From Actinomycetota bacterium (GTDB taxonomy: Bacteria > Actinomycetota > Humimicrobiia > Humimicrobiales > Humimicrobiaceae): 64,000 nucleotides of DNA. Below, one piece after another: positions 47,482 to 57,369 of this stretch. Position 1 is the stretch's first letter; every line of letters begins with the position of its first letter. The stretch spans positions 196-64,195 of the forward strand of contig JBNJCW010000003.1 in NCBI GenBank assembly GCA_051744345.1. Reading direction: 5' to 3'. The position numbers and the translations under genes were made by a program. The notes beneath the pieces are model-generated. The model was not told the origin of the DNA. It did not search any database and saw nothing but the letters and a program-made list of their open reading frames with translations.

Positions 47482-50410
47482 AGTTCCGGCAGGAAAAGTA
47501 TTCCTGCCGGGGCGAAAAATTCTCTTTTTTTATCTCTCCTATAATTCCACCTAAAAGCATCCTCAAATCCTCTTCCCTGTAATAGGATGGCGGAAGTTCA
47601 GCTACCGGATTATCGCTGGAGAGGGAAATATATTTCAGCCTGATATTCTTATCCTTCAGAAAGTCAAGGCTGCTGCTGCAGGCCAGGGCCATCCTGTATA
47701 CCTTGAGCTGTATTTCTTCCCGTAAATCCCTGTCATAATATTTTTTTGAACCGGATTTGTAGTCTATAAGTTCAATCTCGTGGTCAGAGATCAGGTTTAT
47801 CTGGTCTATTCTCCCCTTTATTGTTTCTGAACCAAGCTTAAAGCTGAATTGCTGCTCAATAATTGATGACGCCGGATGGGGAGGCATAAGTTTTTGATAA
47901 AAATTCTTAAAATCAGCCAGTGCCTTTTTCCTATGCTCTTCCTTTAATGCCCTGAAACCAAAATCTGTCTGCCCGAACAGCTTATCTATGATGGCTTCCA
48001 TCTTCTCCCAGCTGTAATGCTTCTGCTGAAAAAACTCCTGGATTATCCGGTGGTAAAGGATGCCTATTACCAGGCTCAGGCTCTCAGGGGTCTCCGCCTT
48101 AAAATAGTAGCTGAATTTATACCTAAGGGGACACTGTCGGTAGGTATCCAGGGCACTGTACGAAAAGGATTGCTTAAATACATTAAAGGGGTTATTTTCA
48201 TTAACCGTAAACTGGATATTGTTCCACCATTTTTGCGGAGGATAATAATTATTCAGAAAAGCAATATATTTTTTAAGCTTATACCTTGAATATTTTAAAC
48301 CTGACATTTTCTTTGCGCTCAATACCAGGGCCCTCTTTCTGACCTGCCAGCAATTTGAGGAATCCGGGGTAAAGCGGCGTTTCTTCTTCTTAACCGGCAA
48401 GGCTGTGTTTTTCAAATCCAAAAAAAACGGGGAATGCTGCCTGGTCCGGTTAGAGGTTACAAACAAATATTTTTTTGCCCGGGTTAATCCCACATAAAGC
48501 AGCCTCCTCTCATCCTCCAGGTGCCTCTCCTTTAGTTCCTCCCTTTCATACTTTTTGTTTTGGCTAAAATAATTGAAAAGCTGGATATCGTAACTCTGGG
48601 GAAAATGGAAAGTTGCAGGTATATATTCCATATTGATAAAGGGTATGAATACCGCTTCAAACTCATGGCCCTTGCATTGATGGAAACTTAAAAGCCTTAC
48701 GCTGTCACTAGATGCAGGGGCAGTGCTTTTCTCTATCTCTTCTAAGAAATTGCTCTCCAGCATCCGGTCAAGAAAACTGAGGTATGATTCAATGCCTGTA
48801 TCCTCATTTGCCTCACTGAAGGCTTTGACACTGGCAAGAAAATCGCTTGGCCCGCTCCAATCCATATCTTTTTTTGCAGCCAGACCCACCCTGGCATCCT
48901 TTGCAAGGTTTAAAATAAAATCAAATACATCGCCTTGTCTCAATTTTTCAAATTCTTCTACAGCCTGCAGAAAACGCTTAATTTTAATAAGCTGCGGACC
49001 TTTGTCTTTTCCGCAAACCCTTGTTTTTAAAAAATCCAATATATTCGAAAAGCCGGTATCGGCCAAATATTCCCTGTATATTTTCTTAAAATAAAGGGGA
49101 TCTATCTCCAACACTGATGAAAGCAGGATGCTTTCCGCCAGAGAATCAACATCTTTATTTTCGGCTAACGGCCTTCTGAAAAGCCTTAAAAAATTCAACA
49201 TATACCTTACCATATTGTTGTCCAGAACAGTTCTGGAGCCGCTTCGCTGGAAAGGTACCCGGTTGTGGTTTAAGGCATTTTCAAGGATATGGGTTTCATA
49301 ACCCAGTCCCTTAATTATTATAGCCATTTCACCAAACTTTGAATTCCCAGCCCTAAGTTCCTTTATTTTCGCGCATACAAAGCTTGCCTCCTCAAGCATA
49401 TTAGGAAAATCTTTTACCCCGACCTCCCCGCCCGAGAAAGAAGAAACTGATTTTTTAGCCATCCTGTATTTGTTCTTGGCTATAAAATTTGAAGCAAGCT
49501 TATTTATATCCCTGCTGTTTCTAAAATTATGCTTAAGCCGTATTATATTTTTTGTCCTGCCATAAACCCGGTTGAAGCTCTCAGACATTGAGCCCCTGAA
49601 GCTATAGATTGATTCATCATCATTGCCGAAGAATATACAGTTATCCCTGGTTACAAGATCCACTATTTCCAGCTGTGCCCGGTTTAATTCCTGAAACTCG
49701 TCAACTATCACATAGTCATATCTCTTGCGGTATTTTTCCCTGATGTCATTGCTGTGCCCAAGCAGCCTGGCGGTATCCTGGAGAAGCAGCCCGTAATTGT
49801 AAAGGCCAAGCTGGCCAAGCTTTTTCATGTACCTGGAATATATCCCTGCAATTTCAGATAGGGTTCTGCTGAAATAAGGGCTGAGCCTGTCAGCCACCAC
49901 TTTCGGGGTAAGCAGGCTCTCCTGGGCACGGAGTATAAAATCAAAAACCTCCTGGACATAGCTATTGGCCGTAAAGCTGCTGCCCTGGACATATCTTGTG
50001 CTGACCGGATAATTCTTCTCATCCAGGCTGGACATAATTTCCGCCAGCAGGTTCCACTGCTGGGTGGAATTCAGGACAATAATATCTTCATCAAGGTTTT
50101 GAGGATTTCCGTTTATATTATCTGCAAGCCCGTATACCTTCAAATCCCTTAAAAAATCCAGGCAAAATGAATGAAAGGTACTTATGGGTATTTCCAGGGA
50201 GCTTTTTGGTGCTGATGCGGCACTCTCCTCCCTTATGATTTTGGCCCACCTGCGGTTAAAACAGAAAACAAGTATCTTCCCGGCATCTACTTTCTTTTCC
50301 TGGGTTAACCAGGTTAACACGCCTACCAGCATACGGCTTTTGCCCGTACCCGGAGGACCCACAATACAAACGCTGCCATCCTGGATTGCCTGTTTTAGTT
50401 TATTTAGCAT
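47444..50410 (-). CDS. Second UvrD-type helicase-nuclease subunit with a 4-Cys nuclease domain; partner of 44422-47481
   Basis: 988 aa. The Walker A is VGPPGTGKS and motif II is IVDEFQELN. The C-terminal region has YRQCPLRY ... IDYKSG ... CRNCDFKILC. Its 3' end overlaps the downstream gene by 38 nt. Confidence 0.75.
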   Translation of the reverse strand: MLNKLKQAIQDGSVCIVGPPGTGKSRMLVGVLTWLTQEKKVDAGKILVFCFNRRWAKIIREESAASAPKSSLEIPISTFHSFCLDFLRDLKVYGLADNINGNPQNLDEDIIVLNSTQQWNLLAEIMSSLDEKNYPVSTRYVQGSSFTANSYVQEVFDFILRAQESLLTPKVVADRLSPYFSRTLSEIAGIYSRYMKKLGQLGLYNYGLLLQDTARLLGHSNDIREKYRKRYDYVIVDEFQELNRAQLEIVDLVTRDNCIFFGNDDESIYSFRGSMSESFNRVYGRTKNIIRLKHNFRNSRDINKLASNFIAKNKYRMAKKSVSSFSGGEVGVKDFPNMLEEASFVCAKIKELRAGNSKFGEMAIIIKGLGYETHILENALNHNRVPFQRSGSRTVLDNNMVRYMLNFLRLFRRPLAENKDVDSLAESILLSSVLEIDPLYFKKIYREYLADTGFSNILDFLKTRVCGKDKGPQLIKIKRFLQAVEEFEKLRQGDVFDFILNLAKDARVGLAAKKDMDWSGPSDFLASVKAFSEANEDTGIESYLSFLDRMLESNFLEEIEKSTAPASSDSVRLLSFHQCKGHEFEAVFIPFINMEYIPATFHFPQSYDIQLFNYFSQNKKYEREELKERHLEDERRLLYVGLTRAKKYLFVTSNRTRQHSPFFLDLKNTALPVKKKKRRFTPDSSNCWQVRKRALVLSAKKMSGLKYSRYKLKKYIAFLNNYYPPQKWWNNIQFTVNENNPFNVFKQSFSYSALDTYRQCPLRYKFSYYFKAETPESLSLVIGILYHRIIQEFFQQKHYSWEKMEAIIDKLFGQTDFGFRALKEEHRKKALADFKNFYQKLMPPHPASSIIEQQFSFKLGSETIKGRIDQINLISDHEIELIDYKSGSKKYYDRDLREEIQLKVYRMALACSSSLDFLKDKNIRLKYISLSSDNPVAELPPSYYREEDLRMLLGGIIGEIKKENFSPRQEYFSCRNCDFKILCEGFYG

Positions 50411-50594
50411 TAATCTTTTTTAACTCAATGAGGATTTCCTTGAGCAGGGCAAGCTTAAGCCTCCTGTAATTTATATCACTGCTAAGCTTGGCCCATTTCC
50501 TGGGGTTGTCTTCAGGTATGTATTTATCCAGCTCCGATAATATATCACTCATAAACTGCCTTCCTTGCAAGATTTTATTTTCTGGTTAAAAACA

Positions 50595-51254
50595 TCAGCC
50601 AATAAATATTATGCCCATAGAAATCGCACTTTTTATCGAGCATGGGTCTGAAAGGCGGGATGCTACGGGATAAACATCCCAGCCTGCCCTTACTGCCAGC
50701 CGGAAAGCATCTATGCCCGCTCCCTCCATTGAAGGCCTGGCTTTTAAGGGAAACCTGCAGCGCCCGCTATCCAGAAACTGGCAGACCAGCCCGCTGCATA
50801 GTGCTGTCTTGCAGCCCCCTGCCGCAAAACCGGTGGAAAAATAGTATCCGTCATTATAGGCTCTTGATTCCACTGCACCCACTATATCATGAATTTTCCT
50901 CTGGTGTTTTTCGTGGCCTTTGAGCCACTTCTTTTGGTCTGAAAAATCTTCAACAGGCACAACATCATTCTTCACCAGAACAGCCCACCTGTACCTGGCG
51001 ATTACCTTTCTCATGGTTCCGATATCCGGAGTATAGGGAGGGCAATTGGGAGAGCTTGCATACAGATGGCAGCGGGGTACCATGCATTTAAGCCTGACCC
51101 TTTCATCTACCACTACCTGCCTGGCTGGGATAAGCCTGCTCTCATCGGCTCCCGCGGCCAGGGCAAACTCAAGGTACCGGCTCAAATCTTTTTTTGAGGG
51201 TCTTGCAGTGCTTACTTTTCTTGCCTTAAATTTTTTTTCCCAAATCATAATCAA
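50595..51254 (-). CDS. Predicted metal-binding protein (DUF2284-like, Cys-rich)
   Basis: 219 aa with the KCMVPRCHLYASSPNCPP Cys motif. The annotated start abuts the tRNA, so the true start may be an internal Met. Confidence 0.4.
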   Translation of the reverse strand: MIMIWEKKFKARKVSTARPSKKDLSRYLEFALAAGADESRLIPARQVVVDERVRLKCMVPRCHLYASSPNCPPYTPDIGTMRKVIARYRWAVLVKNDVVPVEDFSDQKKWLKGHEKHQRKIHDIVGAVESRAYNDGYYFSTGFAAGGCKTALCSGLVCQFLDSGRCRFPLKARPSMEGAGIDAFRLAVRAGWDVYPVASRLSDPCSIKSAISMGIIFIG

Positions 51255-51328
51255 TGGAGCGGGCTACGGGAATCGAACCCGCATCTTGAGCTTGGGAAGC
51301 TCATGTACTACCATTATACTAAGCCCGC
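51255..51328 (-). tRNA. tRNA-Gly (anticodon CCC)
   Basis: The reverse complement, GCGGGCTTAGTATAATGGTAGTACATGAGCTTCCCAAGCTCAAGATGCGGGTTCGATTCCCGTAGCCCGCTCCA, folds as a cloverleaf. It has a 7 bp acceptor stem, a TTCGATT T-loop, the anticodon loop TTCCCAA and an encoded CCA. Confidence 0.9.
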
Positions 51329-51332
51329 ATAT

Positions 51333-51932
51333 TTATTCCTGTATGTCTTCCTGTACTTGCTCTTCTACCTGCAATTCTTTCTGCTCTTTTTGTGCTTCCT
51401 TTATTTTTCCTTCTTTTAGGCCAACTATAGTCAGGTTTGTCTTTATTATTTTAATGCCTAATTTATTAGATGCAACATCCTGGGCAACATTTATTATTTC
51501 CTGCATTTTATTAGGGATATCTACCTCTTCGTTTAAATCAACCTGCATATTGTTTATTATCCCTTTTGGCTTGGGCTGTATCCTTATGCTGATATCCTCA
51601 ACCCCTCCAACTGCCTGCACAGAAGATTTAATTTGCTGGGCTATCGATTCAAGGGTTATCATTGCATTGCCTTCCTTTACCCGGTATATGGTAGCCACCC
51701 TGGGTTTTCTCCTGTAAAACTCCAGCAGGATTAAAAATATGCTTATGGCCAGAACAAAAAGCAGGGCCAGGGAAGAAACAAAGGGATTTATATCTACCCC
51801 GGGATTGAATATTCTCAAGGCTACATCAGACCACTTAAAATACCCCACAAACTCGTTAATTATCCCCACCGCAGAAACCACTGCCAGGAATAATAAGATT
51901 ATTATTATCACAATTTTATTAAAAATATTCAT
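51333..51932 (-). CDS. Asp23/Gls24-like protein with N-terminal membrane helices
   Basis: 199 aa. It has two N-terminal TM segments, and the C-terminal region ITLESIAQQIKSSVQAVGGVEDISIRI resembles the Asp23 core. Confidence 0.45.
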   Translation of the reverse strand: MNIFNKIVIIIILLFLAVVSAVGIINEFVGYFKWSDVALRIFNPGVDINPFVSSLALLFVLAISIFLILLEFYRRKPRVATIYRVKEGNAMITLESIAQQIKSSVQAVGGVEDISIRIQPKPKGIINNMQVDLNEEVDIPNKMQEIINVAQDVASNKLGIKIIKTNLTIVGLKEGKIKEAQKEQKELQVEEQVQEDIQE

Positions 51933-52061
51933 AAAATCACCTTGCCCATAAATGATATTGAGACTATAAGATTATAATAAAAGTAAAAAATTTAATAAAG
52001 TAATTTATTTTTCGCCAGAAAGAATGTATCATCTAAAGCTAATGTTATATAAAGGCATCGC

Positions 52062-52940
52062 ATGGATACATTAATTATTCTTAACCCTTCTTCTGCCATG
52101 GGGAAAACCCTCAAGGCAAAGCCTGCCATTGAAAGTGAGTTTAGAAAACTGGGCATGGATTTTGACCTGTATATAACCAAAAACTCACAGGATATTTTTG
52201 ATGCAGCCCACAGCAATATAGACAGTTATAATAATTTTGTGGCAGTTGGCGGAGACGGTACAGCGCATTATGTGGCCAATGCGCTGGCAGGCACCAATAA
52301 AAACCTGGGAATAATTCCCACAGGATCAGGGAATGACATCTCTGCTTATTTTAAGATACCCAGGGATATAAGCACCTGTTGCCGCATTATTAAACAGGGT
52401 GTTATCAAACGCATAGACATGGGACTTATAAACGGTAAGTACTACTACCTGGGGGTAGCAGGTTCAGGTTTTGATTCTGAAGTAAATGATCTGGCCAATA
52501 ACACCAGATTTCCAATAAGGGGAGCATCAAAATACAAATACGCTGTTTACAGCACGCTCATTACTTTCCGGTCAAGGGAATTCAACATAGATTATGACGG
52601 CAGCCATAAAAAATTTAACGGGATGATGATTGCTGTAACCAACCTTCCCAGCTACGGTGGAGGGATGAAGGTAACCCCCGATTCTGATCCCCTGGACGGA
52701 AAGCTGGATGTCTGCATTATAAAAAGGATGACAAAGGCCCATTTCATCAAGATATTCCCCACGGTTTTTGAAGGAAAGCATGTTAGAGACCCGCATGTGG
52801 AGCTGCTGAGGCTAGAAAAAATAAAGGTTGAATGCCCTGCTTATAGATTCAGCGTATTTGCAGACGGTGAATATATCTGCAAGCTTCCTGCCGAGTACAA
52901 AGTAATGCCCGGCATGCTTAACCTTATGGTCCCCGATTAA
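52062..52940 (+). CDS. dagK: Diacylglycerol/lipid kinase (DagK/YegS family)
   Basis: 292 aa. FVAVGGDGT is the catalytic motif. Confidence 0.8.
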   Translation: MDTLIILNPSSAMGKTLKAKPAIESEFRKLGMDFDLYITKNSQDIFDAAHSNIDSYNNFVAVGGDGTAHYVANALAGTNKNLGIIPTGSGNDISAYFKIPRDISTCCRIIKQGVIKRIDMGLINGKYYYLGVAGSGFDSEVNDLANNTRFPIRGASKYKYAVYSTLITFRSREFNIDYDGSHKKFNGMMIAVTNLPSYGGGMKVTPDSDPLDGKLDVCIIKRMTKAHFIKIFPTVFEGKHVRDPHVELLRLEKIKVECPAYRFSVFADGEYICKLPAEYKVMPGMLNLMVPD

Positions 52941-54106
52941 TACCTTGCCCACAGCCCATTGGTAAACACAAATACCGTCGAGGGCGGATCTATCCTGTTT
53001 CCGTTTGAATCAAATTCTATATGCCCTACTACCCCGTCATAGGATATACCCCATAGCTCATCCATAAAATCTCCCGGAAGTATGGAATTGGCCTTTTTCA
53101 TGGAACTTATAATGATATTGACCGCATCATAGGTATACGGGGCATATTTTCCAGGATTTATATCCTCTTCCATATCCATTTTTGCCGTATATGCATTATA
53201 TTTCCGCCAGAAATCAACCGCTTTCTTATCATCGGTGTACCTGGCTACTGGAGGAGCGTCGGCTATTACTGCCAGCAGCCCTTCAAGATTCTTTGAGTCA
53301 GCCAGTACGCTTATCTGATCATTCATTCCCAGCTCTTCGGTTACAAAACGGCCGTCAACTCCTGCTTCCCTGGCTTTGTCTATCAGGGCAGCCAGCTGGT
53401 CATATTCCATGCAGGCAAATATCATATCAGGGTTATCCAGAACGAGATTTTCGGCCAGGATATCATAGCCCTCACTGTTAAAGTCCATTGAATACCTCTT
53501 GTAGACCTCCAGTTCCCGGTCATTTAAAACATCTCCCAAATAGTCAACCAGATTCAGGGCATATTCGCTCCGGTTATCAATCACTACCAGCTTTTGCGGG
53601 TTCTGGTTAATTAGAAAACCGGCAATATTTTCCACTCTCTGGTTATTGTTTATTACCATCCTGAAAAAGTTATCCCCCACCCGGGAAAGCTCTTCCCCGT
53701 GGGCAGAGGGAGTAAGAATGGGTATATTGTATTCCCCATAAACCGGAATTGAAACCCTGGTGGTACCGTTAAATGCAGACCCTATAACTGCAGCCACATC
53801 CTGCTCTACCAATTCCTGTGCAGCTAAAAAAGCTTTTTCAGGATCCCCCTCATCATCCCTGCTTATTAAATTTATCTTATAGCTGAACCCCCCAATTTCA
53901 ACGGGAGAGAGTTCCGATACTGCTATGCCCGCACTGATTTTCTGGTCCAGCCCAAAGGCTTCATACTCTCCAGACAGAATAGTCTGGTTGCCTATTTTTA
54001 TAACCCTTTCCCTGGTTTCACAGGCTGAAAGATTGAGCAAAAGGGCTATAATTAAAAAAGTTAAACTGAATAAAACAAAAAATCCATCTCTTTTTTTAAA
54101 ACTCAT
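52937..54106 (-). CDS. ABC transporter substrate-binding protein, branched-chain amino acid (LivK/type I PBP) family; orphan
   Basis: 389 aa. It has an N-terminal signal/lipoprotein-like segment (LLNLSAC) and a type I periplasmic binding fold. No permease or ATPase gene is adjacent. Confidence 0.65.
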   Translation of the reverse strand: MSFKKRDGFFVLFSLTFLIIALLLNLSACETRERVIKIGNQTILSGEYEAFGLDQKISAGIAVSELSPVEIGGFSYKINLISRDDEGDPEKAFLAAQELVEQDVAAVIGSAFNGTTRVSIPVYGEYNIPILTPSAHGEELSRVGDNFFRMVINNNQRVENIAGFLINQNPQKLVVIDNRSEYALNLVDYLGDVLNDRELEVYKRYSMDFNSEGYDILAENLVLDNPDMIFACMEYDQLAALIDKAREAGVDGRFVTEELGMNDQISVLADSKNLEGLLAVIADAPPVARYTDDKKAVDFWRKYNAYTAKMDMEEDINPGKYAPYTYDAVNIIISSMKKANSILPGDFMDELWGISYDGVVGHIEFDSNGNRIDPPSTVFVFTNGLWARY

Positions 54107-54197
54107 ATGTTGACTACCCCATTTTTTTAATGATTATATCAGAAAAAAAAGAAATGATAATTCTTTTTGGCAAAAACTATGATAGAATTTAAATAAA

Positions 54198-55058
54198 TTG
54201 TTAACAGTAAACCCAGCTATGGACGCTTCTTGTTTATTAAATAATAAAAATGTTGAAAAGACTGCCAGCTACCTCGGGCAATTTCTAAGAGCAGATGTAG
54301 ATGCAGCCATAATTCTTGGTTCCTTTTTAAATAAGACAGCTGATTTCCTACCTTTTAGGCAAAAAATGGAGATAAGCATGGAAAGTATCCCCGGCTATTC
54401 CCTCCCTACCGTAAGCGGGCATAAAAAAGCCCTGTTTTCCGGAGTCCTGGGGGGAAAGAACCTAATGGTTTTTGGCGGAAGATGCCATTACTATGAAGGG
54501 TATTCGATGGGCCAGGTTGTTTTGCCGGTGGTTTTAGCTAAAAAATTCAATGCAAAGCATATAATTATCACCAATTCAGCCGGGGGGCTCAGCCAGGAAC
54601 TTGAAGAAGATGTGCTTATGCTGATAAAGGACCATATAAATATGATGTTTGACAATCCCCTGTTCGGCTACACATTCAGCCAGAAATACGATTATTTTCT
54701 GGATATGGGCCAGCCTTATAGTAAAAAAATAATGGATCTGGCCAGAACCACCGCCCGTAAAGCAAACATCCCCCTCAAGGCAGGTGTTTATGCCGGCATT
54801 AAGGGACCGGTTCTTGAAACCAGGACAGAAGCTGCTATGCTTAAAAAAATGGGGGCAGATGCTGTGGGTATGTCGACGGTCGCCGAGGCTATAATGGCCA
54901 ATTATCTGGACATGGAAGTACTGGGAATATCCCATATTAGGAATAGGGTATTTGATTCCGGGGATAAGAAATTCAAGCATTCAGAAGGAAATAAAAAAGA
55001 AACCAAAGCAGGTAAAATACTGTCTACACTAATTGAAGGTATAATAAAAGGATTATAA
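54198..55058 (+). CDS. punA: Purine nucleoside phosphorylase (PNP family 1)
   Basis: 286 aa. ...SGHKKALFSGVLGGKNLMVFGGRCHYYEGY... is the PNP-I signature region. Confidence 0.75.
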   Translation: MLTVNPAMDASCLLNNKNVEKTASYLGQFLRADVDAAIILGSFLNKTADFLPFRQKMEISMESIPGYSLPTVSGHKKALFSGVLGGKNLMVFGGRCHYYEGYSMGQVVLPVVLAKKFNAKHIIITNSAGGLSQELEEDVLMLIKDHINMMFDNPLFGYTFSQKYDYFLDMGQPYSKKIMDLARTTARKANIPLKAGVYAGIKGPVLETRTEAAMLKKMGADAVGMSTVAEAIMANYLDMEVLGISHIRNRVFDSGDKKFKHSEGNKKETKAGKILSTLIEGIIKGL

Positions 55059-55070
55059 TATTTTAAAGGA

Positions 55071-55925
55071 GTGAAAATGAGCGGTACTGCCATAGTTACA
55101 GACAGCACCTCGGATATACCTGCCGAACTGATAAAAAAGCATGATATTACCGTAGTCCCCTTATCAGTTATATTTGACAATGAAAGCTTTAAGGACGACA
55201 GAAAAGATTTGACTACAGCCCAGTTCTATGAAAAACTGAAAACATCCAAAAGCCTGCCCAAAACCGCACAGCCTTCTCCGGGTGATTTTTTTAAAACCTA
55301 TACCAGGCTGCTTGAGCAGTATGACAATATAATCTCAATCCATATCTCGGAAAAGATGTCGGGGACCATTGCTTCTGCAGAGATGGCCAGAAAAAAGATT
55401 GCTGATAAAAAAATTGAAATAATCGATTCCCAGCTGGTTCATATGCCTCTTGGTTTTCTGGTCCTGAAAGCAGCTCAGCTTGCCCAGGAGGGTAAAAGCT
55501 TTGATGAAATCATTGCCGAAGTAGAAGAGATGAAAGGAAAAATCAAAGCACTGTTTATACCCAGGACTCTTGAATACCTGCAAAAAGGGGGAAGGATTGG
55601 CAGGGCAAAATCCCTTATTGCGTCCCTGCTGGAAATAAAACCGGTACTCACCTTAAATTATGGTGAGGTATCCCAGTTTAAAACCACCAGGCGGTGGAAA
55701 CAGGCAAAAAGCGAACTTGTAGCTTCTATGAAAGATATGGCAGCAAACCCGCAAAACATGATTGTGTCTGTGGCAGATTCAGATACCAAAAGCGAAGGAG
55801 ATGAAATGAAGCAAAGAATAGAAGAGGCTTTTAAGCCTAAGCAAATTTTAAGGGTTGAGTTTGGATGTGTTCTGGGCACCCATATAGGCCCTGGTTCATT
55901 AGGAATAACTTTTTATGAAGATTAA
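55071..55925 (+). CDS. DegV family fatty-acid-binding protein
   Basis: 284 aa with an IVTDSTSDIP N-terminus, a tandem paralog of the next gene. It has a GGAGTGA ribosome-binding site. Confidence 0.85.
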   Translation: MKMSGTAIVTDSTSDIPAELIKKHDITVVPLSVIFDNESFKDDRKDLTTAQFYEKLKTSKSLPKTAQPSPGDFFKTYTRLLEQYDNIISIHISEKMSGTIASAEMARKKIADKKIEIIDSQLVHMPLGFLVLKAAQLAQEGKSFDEIIAEVEEMKGKIKALFIPRTLEYLQKGGRIGRAKSLIASLLEIKPVLTLNYGEVSQFKTTRRWKQAKSELVASMKDMAANPQNMIVSVADSDTKSEGDEMKQRIEEAFKPKQILRVEFGCVLGTHIGPGSLGITFYED

Positions 55926-55943
55926 TTAAAAAAAGGAGGAGAT

Positions 55944-56801
55944 ATGCCAAAAATAGCAATAGTTACCGACAGCACTTCAGATTTACCAAAAGATCTGGTA
56001 AGCACGTACAATATTACAGTGGTTCCTTTAACCGTAGCATTCAACAGTGAAGAAACTTATGTGGATGACGGCAAAGACATAACCACCAAACAATTTTACG
56101 ACAAGCTAAAAACTGCCAAAAAATTACCCACATCGGCACAGCCAACCCCAGCTGATTTCTTAAAAGCCTATAAGAAAATCTTTGAAGAAGGCTATGATTC
56201 CATAATATCCATACACATATCCCAGAAGATGTCAGGAACGCTTGCCTCCGCCCATGCCGCCAGAAAAGAACTCAAGGATAAAGATATAGAAGTAATAGAC
56301 TCCTATAATGTGCACATGCCCTGCGGGATAATTGTGCTTAGGGCCTCCCAGATGGCTCAAGAGGGAAAACCCAAGGAAGAGATACTGGAAAATGTATACC
56401 AGATAAGGGACAAGGTAAAAACCCTGTTCATACCCAAGACACTGGAATTCCTCCAGAAAGGCGGAAGAATTGGAAAAGCTAAGGGACTGGTTGCTTCACT
56501 GTTAGAAATCAAACCCATACTCACCATTGATTCCGGCGAAATATCCCAGTTTAAAACCACCAGGCGGTGGAACCAGGCCAAAAAAGAGCTTGTTAATTCA
56601 ATGAAAGGTTTGGTCAAAAACCCCGATAAGCTAACGGTAATAGTATCTGATTCAGACAATAAAGAGGAAGGCGACCAGCTTGCGGATACAATAAAGGACG
56701 AGTTTAACCCCAAAGAAATGATGCGTGCAGAAATAGGAGTAATTGTTGGCATCCATGTTGGCCCCGGAACCATCAGTTCCGTGTTTTATGAAGAAGACTG
56801 A
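55944..56801 (+). CDS. DegV family fatty-acid-binding protein (paralog)
   Basis: 285 aa with an IVTDSTSDLP N-terminus and an AGGAGG ribosome-binding site. Confidence 0.85.
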   Translation: MPKIAIVTDSTSDLPKDLVSTYNITVVPLTVAFNSEETYVDDGKDITTKQFYDKLKTAKKLPTSAQPTPADFLKAYKKIFEEGYDSIISIHISQKMSGTLASAHAARKELKDKDIEVIDSYNVHMPCGIIVLRASQMAQEGKPKEEILENVYQIRDKVKTLFIPKTLEFLQKGGRIGKAKGLVASLLEIKPILTIDSGEISQFKTTRRWNQAKKELVNSMKGLVKNPDKLTVIVSDSDNKEEGDQLADTIKDEFNPKEMMRAEIGVIVGIHVGPGTISSVFYEED

Positions 56802-57369
56802 TAAAAAGAAACTCAGGGAAAACATACAAAAAGCAAGAGACGGCCTTTCCCCGGAAAAGAGGCAGGAAAAAAGCCGGGAGATAGCGAATATTTTTTTTAA
56901 AAGCTCCTATTACCGGAAGGCCGGGGTTATTCTTGCCTACCACCCATTCAGGAGTGAAATAGATACAACTGCAGTCATAAGGAAAGCATTAACAGATAGA
57001 AAAAAGGTTATACTTCCCAGGGTTGAGCATAAACGGCTCAAACTTTACTATGTTCAAGACCCCAAATCCCAGCTTGAACCGGGAACATATGGTATAATGG
57101 AGCCGGTTAGAGACAAAAGTGTTCCGGCAGGATCAGCAGAAGTTGATCTGGCATTGGTACCGGGGGTAGCCTTTGACCGGAATATGAACCGGTTAGGTTA
57201 CGGCGGGGGATTTTATGACCGGCTCCTTCCCCGGCTTGACCCAGGGGTTAAAAAAGTTGCTTTATGCTTTAACCTCCAGCTGGTCCCAGAGGTACCTGCC
57301 CTTGAACATGATATTAAGATTGATGTAATAATAACTGAATTGGAGGAAATTATTGGCCAGAGAAAATAA
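56788..57369 (+). CDS. 5-formyltetrahydrofolate cyclo-ligase
   Basis: The conserved start is MKKTDKKKLRENI... at 56788, internal to the tracked ORF that begins at 56743. The 5-FCL family motif GYGGGFYD is present. Confidence 0.7.
   Translation: MKKTDKKKLRENIQKARDGLSPEKRQEKSREIANIFFKSSYYRKAGVILAYHPFRSEIDTTAVIRKALTDRKKVILPRVEHKRLKLYYVQDPKSQLEPGTYGIMEPVRDKSVPAGSAEVDLALVPGVAFDRNMNRLGYGGGFYDRLLPRLDPGVKKVALCFNLQLVPEVPALEHDIKIDVIITELEEIIGQRK

Noticed and set aside
56743-56787. Upstream start (MLASMLAPEPSVPCF) for the 5-formyl-THF cyclo-ligase ORF.
   Set aside because: It would overlap the DegV paralog by 59 nt. The family-typical start is MKKTDKKKLRENI at 56788.
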